Source of the DNA: Squalus acanthias
Lineage: Eukaryota
Direction of reading: 5' to 3'
NCBI GenBank assembly: GCA_030390025.1
Contig: CM059439.1
Location: 82,522,001-82,586,000, forward strand
DNA: 64,000 nt
Shown: in pieces, positions 12,895 to 23,974 of the stretch
Position numbering within the stretch: the stretch's first letter is position 1
Layout: the number at the start of each line of letters is the position of its first letter
Translations under genes and position numbers: made by a program
Notes under the pieces: model-generated
Database searches by the model: none
What the model was told of the DNA's origin: nothing
Seen by the model: the letters and a program-made list of their open reading frames with translations, nothing else

Positions 12895-14641
12895 TTTCAA
12901 ATAAAACTGTTGGACTATAACCTGGTGTTGTGCGACTTCTCACTTTTATAAATAGAGGCAGAGAGTACAAAAGCCAGGAAGTTATGCTAAACCTACATAA
13001 AACACTAGTTCAGCCCCAGTTGGTGTATTGTGTCCAATTCTGGGCACCACACTTTAGGAAGGAAGTGAAGGCTTTGGGGAGCGTGCAGAAGAGATTTACG
13101 AGAATGGTTCCAAGGATGAGGGGTTACAGTTACGCGGATAGACTGGGGTTGTCGTTCTTAGAGCAGAGAAGTCCAAGAGGAGATTCGATAGAGGTGTTTA
13201 AAATCATGAAGGGTTTAGATAGAGTAAATAAAGAGAAACTGTTTCCGAGGGCTGAAGGGTCGATAACCAGAGGACACAGATTTAAGGTGACTGGCAAAAG
13301 AAACAGAGGCGACATGAGGAAAAACTTGTTTAAGCAACGAGTGGTTAGGATTTGGAATGCACTGCCTCATAGGGTGGTGGATACAGATTCAAGAGTCACC
13401 TTCAAAAGGAAATAGGATAAATACTTGAAGGAGGAATAATTGCAGGGATATGGGGAAAGAGCGGGGGGAGTGGGACTAACTGGATTGCTCTTCGAAAGAG
13501 CCGGCACAGACCCGATGGGTCGAATGGCCTCCTTCTGTGCTGTACTGTTCTCTGATTCAATCAGAGCAACAGAAAGTTAATATTTGGAGTTTGTGCTTTC
13601 TGGCTTTTTGTGGCAAGCTTGTGGATACATTCAGTGTGAAAATGGCAATTAAACTACAGTATAGGAATGTGGTTAGAAGAACAAAGAGCTGTCAACTGAT
13701 AACATTCTCCAGGAGGAGGAAATTAACATTTCCACAATACTCTGTGTTGCTGGTAATTTTGATCCAGTGGAGTGTTCCCCTTGGAAACGTGCATTTGCAA
13801 AACAACAGCACGATAGTACAGGGGAGTCAAGAGGAGCAAAAAAAGAAATAGCCACCAACATGCACAACAAATTGCTGCCCAAAGTTGACTGAATAAACTG
13901 AAAAGGGTTTCCTTTTCAGATGGAGTGCAAAAATCCAACTGTGGACCTTGACTAATGAAAGAGGAATGCAGTGAAAAGGTCCCAGTATTCCCCACTCCAT
14001 TAATCATCCATGAAGTTCAGAAGCGCTTTTCTTTACCGAGCTCATGTTCTTGTTTGCTCAGCATTTGCCAAAAGTCAACACAAATGGGTTCAAGTTCAGT
14101 CCATTTTAATGACTCTGTCTCTGCAAGTGCACAAACAACTGAGAACTCTTTTGCAATCCATACACAAACGTTCGTTTTTTGCAGGAGTACACAGCATATA
14201 ATCAAACATGCAAGAATCAAGGTCCAAGAATTCCCCCATTCTTTGAGTCCTCCACTTCTGGAAGCAATGACTCAGGCCACATATTGCAATTGAGAAAGCC
14301 CAGACCATTAGTACAACTAGGCTATTAAACTATTACCACAGCCAACTGTGACCCAGCCTTCCACCCAACCACACGCTGACCAATATTTCCTCTCCAGCCT
14401 GGTGACCAACTGTACCACTCCCACTTAAAACTGAGACAAGCTAACTGAGCACAGACCAGCCCAGCCCCTTATGGGTTTGTATGGTGCCGGCACAGCCCAC
14501 ATAATGATTTATGCATCCCACAGCCACAGGAAATAGGGGGAACCTTGGCTCATGTCCAAGGACTTTTAAACACAGGAACAGCATTGTGCATTTAGTCCTC
14601 ATCACTGCTCTAAAATGCATGATAATAAAATGATGTCTTAC

Positions 14642-14760
14642 CGGTCATTGTCCGAGTTCCTCAGTGACGGTAGTATCTGGCGGAAGCTGGTGTTACGGTC
14701 AAGCTTTGGCTGGCTCTTGGTTCGTTTGATAGAGCCCTTTAATCGTTTGCTGAAAAAACC
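14642..14760 (-). CDS. RASAL2: Coding exon of RasGAP gene RASAL2/nGAP (N-terminal/PH region)
   Basis: Minus strand reads ttgtag|GGT...GAC CG|gtaaga, 119 nt, phase 0 to phase 2. Translation [39 protein letters not shown](R) is the conserved motif of the RASAL2/DAB2IP/SYNGAP1 family. GFFSKR, NTSF and PSLR point to RASAL2 (recalled, not searched). Confidence 0.92.
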
Positions 14761-15396
14761 CTACAACAAAGGGGGAAGCAAAAAATAACTATTAGTACAA
14801 GTAAGTCAAAACAAAGCTGATCTATGATGGACAAAGTGAAGCTAAGGAACGCACGAGCTGAGTAGTCGTCAAACATATTACAAGAACAAAATTTAAATAA
14901 CCAACATGTGACACTCTGCATTCAACCCTCTAGACATGAGGCCACTAACTCATTCATACTTCTCAAACACTAGGCAACTCTTCAAAATGATAAAATTACA
15001 TATGCTGAAACAAAAAAGTGTGATTTCTCCAATTAAAAATGATTAATAGCCATTGTACTAAATCCCAAGAAAATAGTAAATGCAGACGTATTTTCCAAAG
15101 TAACAAAAACTGAACAGGAACAGCTGATGCTGAGAGCAATCCTCTGAGTCAAAAATTATACGCACTTTACAGGGGTGACAGAAGAACTGGGTTGCGGAAA
15201 GGTACAGTACTTGTAGTATAATCACCAGAATATCCCCCGGTGATTGTGCCTAAATATAGAAACGTGGATTTTTATTTTTATTTCCAGAAATTTTCCATCT
15301 TTACAAAGTTCAGGCTCATAAGACTTGTCCTTCACGCGTGTATTCTAGAGGTTGAATTGAAAACTGTGCATATGAGGTATCTGGGTCAGTGATAGC

Positions 15397-15397
<1 letters not shown>

Positions 15398-15429
<32 letters not shown>
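15398..15429. repeat. (TG)n microsatellite
   Basis: Seen directly in sequence. Confidence 0.95.
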
Positions 15430-15433
<4 letters not shown>

Positions 15434-15864
15434 GTGAAAAGTTACAAAACCAGTTGCAGGTGGATACCAGGGGACCATCACTAACATCAAATCAGCAGCT
15501 GGTTATGGACCTTATCCAGTGTCAGTAGAATGTCCATACAGGCCAGTGATGGAAAAACTACCTTGCTGACCTGTATGGACAGGGATAGCAATCAGCATAC
15601 TTATTGTTACAATGGTGGCACCCTGCGGTGGCACATCACAGAGTCAGCTGCTTAAGTTTACCAACACTGGTGCAAAGAAGAAAAAGCTCCAGCTTGTAGC
15701 CCTCACTGCCAGGATCATGAGTGCCACTTCATTTGTAGATCAGTTCCACTGAAGTGATTCCCACCACCAGCAGGGTCTATAAAAATGGACCGTTAACAGG
15801 GTAGAAAGATATGAAGCAGATACAAATGGATTAGCGCTATCTTGGCATTTAAATTACAAGTTAC

Positions 15865-16027
15865 CAATGTTCGCTCTAATTTTTTTTGGGCTGCGTGGCC
15901 CCTTTAACGGGCTGTGCGGCCCACTCAAAAGTCCACACATGCACGGTTTTTGCATTTAAAAGCCGGTGAGCTGGCTGCGCAGGAGCTCCAGAATGCTGCA
16001 CAACTGTGCAGCTTAAAAGGAACATTG
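15865..16027. mobile_element. hAT-type MITE with 8-bp TSD
   Basis: Termini CAATGTTC.../...GAACATTG; TSD CAAGTTAC at 15857-15864 and 16028-16035. Confidence 0.85.
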
Positions 16028-16202
16028 CAAGTTACCGATTCCTTTCATTCTATTCTGAAGTGCACAGATCATAACTACTTCAATTTGGCACTTTAAGTTT
16101 ATACGTCCGTTATATATTTTGCTCCGTGGGAGTTTGCCAATTCCAGTTCTTCTCAATGGCATGCCCATATGTTTCATCATTACATCCAGGAGAGGAGGGG
16201 TA

Positions 16203-17297
16203 GAATCATATAATCAGAGACTGATACAGCACAGAAGGAGGTCATTCAACCCACTGTGCCTGTGCCGGCTCTTTGAAAGAGCGATCCAATTAGTCCCACT
16301 CCCATGTACTTTCCCTATAGCTCTGCAATATTTTCCCTTCAAGTATTTATCCAATTCCCTTTTGAAAGTTATTGTTGAATCTGCTTCCACCACCCTTTCA
16401 GGCAGTGCATTCCAGATCATAACAACTTGTTGCGTAAGAAAAAGTTTCCTCAAGTCGTCTTCAGTTCTTTTACCAATTACCTTAGATCTGAGTCCTCTGG
16501 TTGCCGACCCTTCTATCACTGGAAACAGCTTCTCCTCATTTACTCTGTCAAAACCCTTCACGATTTTGAGCACCGCCATCAAATCTTCCTTAACCTTCTC
16601 TGCTCGAAGGAGAAGAACCCTAGTTTCTCTAGCCTCTCCATGTAACTGAAGTCTCTCATCCCTGGTACCATTCTGGTAAATCTCCTCTGTGCACCCTCTC
16701 TCAGGCCTTGAAATCCTTCCTAAAGTGTGGTGCTCAGAATTGGCCACAATACTCCAGTCTGGGCCTAACCAGGGTTTTATAAAGGTTTAGCGTAACTTCC
16801 TTGCTTTTGTACTCTATGCCTCTTTATAAAAAAGACAAGGATCCCGTATGCCTTTTTTAACGGCCTTCTCAACTTGTCCTGCCACCTTCAAAGACTTGTG
16901 TACGTACACCCCCAGGTCTCTCTGATCCTGCAGCCCCTTTAGAATTGTACCATTTAGTTTATATTGCCACTCTTCATTCTGCCTCGCAAAATGAATCACT
17001 TCACATTTCTCTGCGTTAAATTTCATCTGCCATGTGTCTGCCGATGTCCTCCTGAAGTCTGTTACTGTCCTCCTCACTGTTTACTACATTTCTAAGTTCT
17101 GTGTCAGCTGCAAACTTTGAAATTATGCTCTGTATACCCAAGTCCAGGTTATTAACATATCAAAAACAGCAGTGGTCCCAACACTGACCTCTGGGGGGGA
17201 CACCACTGCACAGTTCCCTCCAGTCTGAAACCAACCTTTCACCACTACTCTCTGCTTTCTGTCCCTCAGCCAATTTCATATCCATGCAGCCACTGCT
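16203..17297 (-). mobile_element. CR1 LINE fragment
   Basis: ORFs 16214-16747 and 16814-17077 (WQMKFNAEKCEVIHF; IWNALPERVVEA); CR1 3' tail at ~16203. Confidence 0.9.
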
Positions 17298-17380
17298 GAG
17301 GATAGTCTCCTGTTCACCTGCAGGCCATGGTGCCACAGCTGCTGGGTGCCCTCCGATACCTGGCCCAAGCAGTCATCCTT

Positions 17381-18421
17381 CATAGAATCATAGAAAGTTA
17401 CAGCACAGGAGGCCGCCATTTCAGTCCATCGTGTCCACGCCGGCCAACAAAGAGCTATCCAGCCTAATCCCACTACCCAGCTCTAGGTCCGTAGCCCTGC
17501 AGGTTACAGCATCCCAAGTGCACATTCAAGTACTTTTTAAATGTGGTTAGGGTTTCTGCCTCTACCACCCTTTCAGACAGAGAGTTCCAGACCCCCACAG
17601 CCCTCTGGGTGAAAAAATTTCCCCTCAAATCCCCTCTAAACCTTCCACCAATTACTTTAAATCTGTGCCCCCTGGTTTTTGACCCCTCTGCTAAGGGAAA
17701 GAGATCCTTTCTATCCACTTTATCTAGGCCCCTCATAACCTCAATAACATCTCCCCTCAGCCTCCTCTATTCCAAGGAAAACAAACCCAGCCTATCCAGT
17801 CTTTCCTCATAGCTAAGATTCTCTACTCCTGGCAACATCCTTGTAAATCTCTGTACCCGCTCTAGTGCAATCACATCTTTCCTGTAATGTGGTGACCAGA
17901 ACTGCACGCGGTACTCTAGCTGAGGCCTAACTAGTGTTTTATACAGTTGAAGCATAACCCCCCTGCTCTTGTATTCTGTGCCACGACTAATAAAGGCAAG
18001 CATTCCGTGTGCCTTCTTAACCACCTTATCTACCTGGCCTGCTACCTTCAGGGATCTGTGGACATGCACTCCAAGGTCCCTTTGTTCCTCTACACTACTC
18101 AGTGTCCTACCATTTAATGTGTATTCCCTTTCCTTGTTAGCCCTCCCCCAATGCATTACCTCACACTTCTCTGGATTGAATTCCATTTGCCACTGTTCTG
18201 CCCACCAGACCAATTTATTGATATCTTCCTGCAGTCTACAGCTTTCTTCTTCAGTATCAACCACACAGCCGATTTTAGTATCATCTGCAAACGTCTTAAT
18301 CATACCCCCTGTATTCAAGTCTAGATCGTTGATATATACCACAAAAAGCAAGGGACCTAGTACTGAGCCCTGCGGAACCCCACTGGAAACAGCCTTCCAG
18401 TCACAAAAACACCCATCAACT
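17381..18421 (-). mobile_element. CR1 LINE fragment nested in an older SINE-like repeat
   Basis: ORF 17767-18351 has FADDTK and YKTLVRPQLEY; (CTATGATT)-type tail. Flanks 17298-17380 and 18422-18690 read as two halves of one old repeat. Confidence 0.88.
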
Positions 18422-20689
18422 ATTCATCTGAGCTTATACAGCGAGTGTTAGCTACCTCCTTGACCTTCAGGGAGTGAGGAGCATTACAGCTAAATCACAT
18501 TGTGATCTCACTCCGTGTCCACACACATGTAGATTTTCTGGCATGGATCACTGGGCACCCATTGGGCAGGAGCTTTGTATAATTCCCCATCACCTCACCC
18601 TACTCCAACACAGAGATCAATTGCAATCGTAGTTGAGATCAGCGAACTCAGCACAGACCAGGGATCAATCATAGGAGCTTACGGGTCATGCTTTTCTTCC
18701 CTGGTTGTTGAACAGTTACAACCAACGTTCCCCCTAAGGCTGCGCACCGATCACAACATCCCGCACAGGCCACTCACCAGTGCTGCCGCTGGAAGAGATA
18801 CCATATCAGCATGTGAGAAAAATCTTGTTTTATAGCACTTTGGAAAATATCATCGATACCTCAAAGTTTTCCAGTAATCTGTCTCACAAATAGAGGAATT
18901 AAAATACCACAGCACAGCAAATTTAAAGGGAAGAAAAATTAGAAGGAATATTGGTTACAATGCAAAGTAAACCAATTTGAAAGAGTAAATACCTCAAATG
19001 AACCAAGAGCAAAACAAAAAGAAACTCAAACAAAAAGACAAAAATAAATGATGACAAGCAATTATCGAAACTCACAACAAAACACATAATGGCAGAGAAG
19101 CAATAGCAAGATGTCAATCCAAACCTCAGTTAATGTATCCAAGTTTACATTGTAGAACAAGGTAATAGTCAAAGCGTGAGGTCTATTAAATGTGAGATAA
19201 GCTAGTTGTTTGTCTGTTTGCCATGTCAGGAACAGGAGGCATAAAGTGGAAGGCCAGGTGCTTCCACACAAAGTTGGAGAGACGGTGAAACATTAATCAA
19301 ACAGACAGCAAGTCACCCCAGGTTGTTCAATCACACAAGTCCTAGGGGTTGGCCACAGAGCAGCCTGGTTGCAGATTCCCTGCCACCCCTTCGGGCGAGT
19401 AAGAATGGATGGAATTGATGAATAAAAGATAGTTCAGAAAGAAAGCATGATAGAGGGAAAACAGGTAGCTGTAGTATTTTATTTCCTCTATTTGTGAGGC
19501 AGATTACTGGAAAAATTTGATGTAGCGATGTTGATATTTTCCAAAGTGCTGTAAAACAGGCTTTTTCCACACATTCTGATATTATATTGAAAAACTAGGC
19601 AAAACATTCACTGACAAAATGCTATTCATAACTAAGGTGAAGGTTATTGACAGAATTTAGCTAAATAATCAAAAGCAGAAAGCTTATATCAAATATTAAT
19701 ATGTTGTTCATTTGTTCATAACAGAAGTAAGTCATCCTTGCAGTAGAAGAATAAATCCTTCTGCTTGTCTAATTTAATAGCTTGTACTCTGAATTAAGTG
19801 CAGAGGCGGTCAAACCTTAATAATAAATCTGATTAAAAACTCCACTCCAGCACTTCATGCAATCTGAGCAATATTGCTGTCTGAGCTATAGCATTAGTGC
19901 GGTGTAGGGCAATTAGTGCAACATTTGTAATAAGCTACAATAGTCAGCACTGTCTGTATTTGAAGCAAATCTGTCCAGTGCACACAGGCTACGGTTTTAA
20001 ACTCTTCCTGCACTGCTCTGGGTTCTAATGTACAATATGCCTGTTATGTATTTGGGAAAGTAGTTTGTAAATATAACTGTCTGAAACATATGGAGTCTGC
20101 TGACAACCCCTTCTGTCTGAACACAATCTTTGAACAGAATGTTCACTGAAAGAGGGAGATAGAATCATCCCCCTGTTCAGAAGCAGCATGTTAATCTGAA
20201 AAGCAAGCTATTGGCCTAAAAACTTAGGGAAAAAAAACAGCCTGTTCAATTTGATTAAGTCCAGAACAAGTACTTGCAAACGACAAAGGGAACTGAACAA
20301 GGGATGATGTTTTGTATTCTCTAAGACTGTAAAAGCTCATCTTGTACAACAAACTGTTCTGCTATAATCCTCCAGCTTTCAGAAGGGTGGTGCACACTGC
20401 ATTTAAGAACCGATAAAAATAACACAAACTCCACCTACACATTTGGCAGAGACAATACGAAGTGATAAGATTCTTCCCTGGGTGTGCCGGAGCCAAGCAG
20501 AACATTTCATTTATAATCTAACTATAAATGGTTTATGCCAGACCCAAGTGTTTCAGGGAGATAGCAAGAGTTTCATCCTTTGAGAAAGAGCAACAAGGAG
20601 GAATAAGGAAAGAATCAACATAGACTTGGACTTATTGTGTGCAATGCCATGAGAGATCGACTAGTATATTTTAAAATTTCTTGCCTGGT

Positions 20690-22432
20690 TCCATTCTTAT
20701 CGAATCGTAACCAGAGAATCACCTGCAACAGCTTCTCTTCTCGCTCCCGCATCGTTACCTCTGGTGTTCCCCTGAGGATCTATCCTTGGCCCCCTCCTAT
20801 TTCTCATCTACATGTTGCCCCTTGGTAACATCATCCGAAAACTACTTCTTCTTAGGCAGTCCCTCGGAACCGAGGATGACTTGCTTCCACATTAAAAATG
20901 AGTTCTCAGGTGACTGATGAGTCCAATGCGGGACCTACAGTCTCTGTCACAGGTGGGGCAGACGGTGGTTGAAGGGACGGGTGGGTGGGGTGCTTGGGTT
21001 GACGTGCGCTCCTTGCGCTGCCTGCGCTTGGCTTCCGCTTGCTCCTGGCGAAGAGACTCGAGGTGTTCGGCGCCTTCCCGGATGCTTCTCCTCCACTTTG
21101 TGCGGTCTTGGGCCAGGGATTCCCAGGTGTCGGTGGGGATGTTACACTTTTTCAAGGAGGCTTTGAGGGTGTCCTTGAAGCGTTTCCTCTGCCCACCTGG
21201 GGCTCTCTTGCCGTGCCAGAGCTTCGAGTAGAGCGCTTGTTTTGGGAGTCTCGTATCGGGCATGCGGACAATGTGACCCGTCCATCGGAGCTGATCGAGC
21301 GTGGTCAAAGCTTCGATGCTGGGGATGTTGGCCTGAGCAAGAACACCGACGTTGGTGTGCCTATCCTGCCAATGGATTTGCAGGATCTTGCGGAGGCAGC
21401 GTTGGTGGTACCTCTTCAGTGCTTTGAGGTGCCTGCTGTACATGGTCCATGTCTCTGAGGCATACAGCAGGGCAGTTTCCACATGTACGCTGACGACACC
21501 CAGCTCCACCTCACTACCTCTTCTCTCGACCCCTCCACGGTCTCTAAATTGTCAGACTGCTTGTCCAACATACAGTTCTGCATGAGCAAAAATTTTCTCC
21601 AATTAAATATTACGAAGACCGAAGCCACTGTTTTCGGTTCCCGCCACAAACTCCATCCCTCTCCCTAACATCTGTCTGAGGCTGAACCACACTGTTCGCA
21701 ACCTTGGTGTCATATTTGACCCTGAAATGAGCTTCCGACCACATATCCGCAGCATAACAAAGACTGCCTACTTCCACCTCCATAACATCGCCCGTCTCCG
21801 CCCTTGCCTCAGCTCACCCGCTGCTGAAACCCTCATCCATGCCTTTGGTACCTCTAGACTTGATTATTCCAACGCACACCTAGCTGGCCTCCCACATCCC
21901 ACCCTACGTATACTTGAGGTCATCCAAAACTCGGCTGCCCGTGTCCTAACTCGCACCAAGTCCCGTTCGCCCATCTCCCCGTGCTCATTGACCTACATTG
22001 GCTCCCGGTTAAGCAGCGGCTCGATTTCAAAATTCTCATCCTTGTTTTCAAATCCCTCCATGGCCTCACCTCTTCCTATCTCTGTAATCTCCTTCAGCCC
22101 CACAACCCCCCCTAGAGATATCTACGCTCCTCTAATTCTGCCCTCTTGAGCATCTCTGATTATAATCGCTCAACCTTTGGTGGCCGTGCCTTCTGTTGCC
22201 TAGACCCTAAGCTCTGGAATTCCCTGCCTAAAGCTCTCCGCCTCGCTACCTCTCTTTCCTCCTTTAAGACACTCCTTAAAACCTACTTCTTTGACCAAGC
22301 TTTTGGTAACCTGCCCTAATTTATCCTTATGTGGCTTGGTGTCAAATTTTTTGTCTTAAAATACTCCTGTGCAGCACCTTGGGATGTTTTACTATGTTAA
22401 AGGCGCTATATAAATACAAGCTGTTGTTGTAG
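20690..22432 (+). mobile_element. L2 LINE fragment (RT to 3' end), interrupted by RTE
   Basis: SGVP..., MYADDTQLHL and SRLDYSNA motifs; L2 3' end AAAGGCGCTATATAAATACAAG(TTG)n. Confidence 0.9.
20843..21473 (-). mobile_element. 5'-truncated RTE copy, same family as 7760-11133
   Basis: ORF 20892-21509 is nearly identical to the C-terminus of the full-length RTE and ends HLRTHF; (GAA) tail. Confidence 0.93.
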
Positions 22433-23974
22433 CACACACTTCCTGTCCACACACCTTACTTGCAGTTGTCACAATTTTTAGTCACACTTAAGATGTTATA
22501 TACCAACCACTTGCAATGTAGCAATGACAGGTCAACATTTGTAATGTAATGTTGGTATCTCAACTATTACCCATCATGGATGTCAATCAAATTACTCAAT
22601 TAATTTTGAAAAATTTTCATTCGGCATTTTATTCCCTCAGTAACTGTAATCAAAATAAAGTTTTTTCAGATCCCAGGATTCCTTTCCCAGCAATCCCAGA
22701 TTCTAGGATCTGTCGCAGTATTTCCACGACCTCTTCCCCCATCATGTTCCAGGGACCAGAGGGCCCTACTTTCAGTACTGCCTTAACCTTGAGATCCTCC
22801 TCAAAATAAGGCTCGGCCCCGAAACTCCATCCCATTACTGTCAGACTCTGGGCTTCCCCCAAAGCCTATACATCAGTGTCTCTAATAATGTTATTTATGT
22901 AACACCCTATTCTTTCAAAACCTCCAATTTACCATTAGCGGTTCCATGGGAGATTTGTTCGTGCAGATACATTTTCAAGAACGCTTGGAAGCTAGAACCC
23001 TCAGAAAAAATTATTATTTTGTGTTCAAAGTGAGAGATATAGCTGATGGGAAATGGAACACTTTTGCCACTTTAGGATGTGAGAAAATAGTCCTTGGTTG
23101 GGTGTAGCATGAATTCAACGTAGGATAAAACTTGCTTTTTGCCAACCAGTCATCTTTAGGAGTGAGATTCCAAGCTCATGCAGATGTATGGGTGGTTTTG
23201 CAATATGGACCCATGTCCATTATGAACCCATGTCCATTATGAACTGTGCCATAAACGAATTACATTTAAAAACTTTACAGCAGAAAGAACACTTTTAGCC
23301 CATCACTCTGGGTTGGATCTGAATTCAGAGATCAACCGACAGCGTGTGCAACAGCTAGTGTTTTGGATATCAAATCCGTCACTAGCTGCAAGTTGGGATT
23401 CAGGACTTCTATATCGTGATTGTCCTGTACCAGGAGGATGGAGTTGGCTACTTTATTTAGAGGATGAGGTACGTGGACATTTGGGGAGAGATGGGGGATA
23501 GCTGAGAGACAAAATCAACAATTACCAGATACAAACTAGGATTCCTCAAAAAAGGTATATCTCAAACCCATAGCAAAACACTTCACCCAACAAAAGAACA
23601 AAGTCGCAGTTTAAAAGAAACAACAATCTATCCTCCCCAACCACTGGACAGAAAGGACGATCAACATAACAATGAACTTGCTAACCCATCCCAGCTATCT
23701 CCACCCACTTGGTCTTGACTGGTTTACAGAATTTTCCAATCGTTATAAATGTCTTGGAAGTGAATTAACATTACATCACAGTTAAGATTGATAAGTATAT
23801 TGATTTTTAAAAATAAATTCTTGATATTTATCTTAACAAATGCATCATCTAAATATAAATCAATTTCAGTTCCAGTTGCTCAAAAATTTCTCATTCTGTA
23901 AATGGAGAAAATAATGTTTATTCTGCTCAGTCTGAAACATCTGCGACAATACGCCAACAAACACATGACAATCA

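Larger units (their letters stand above)
12728..12944. mobile_element. Palindromic non-autonomous retro-insertion (Penelope pseudo-LTR derived) with 15-bp TSD
   Basis: ~90-bp inverted arms at 12765-12855 and 12858-12947, plus a ~36-bp unpaired extension. TSD TTTATAAATAGAGGC at 12713-12727 and 12945-12959. Confidence 0.88.
12165..13560 (+). mobile_element. CR1 LINE fragment, interrupted by the palindromic element
   Basis: ORFs with GVPQGSILGP, (F/S)ADD and TRGHRFK; conserved CR1 3' end GAATGGCCTCCTTCTGTGCTGTA. Confidence 0.9.

Noticed and set aside
23209-23244. 17-bp perfect tandem duplication ACCCATGTCCATTATGA
   Set aside because: Ordinary slippage duplication with no sign of function.
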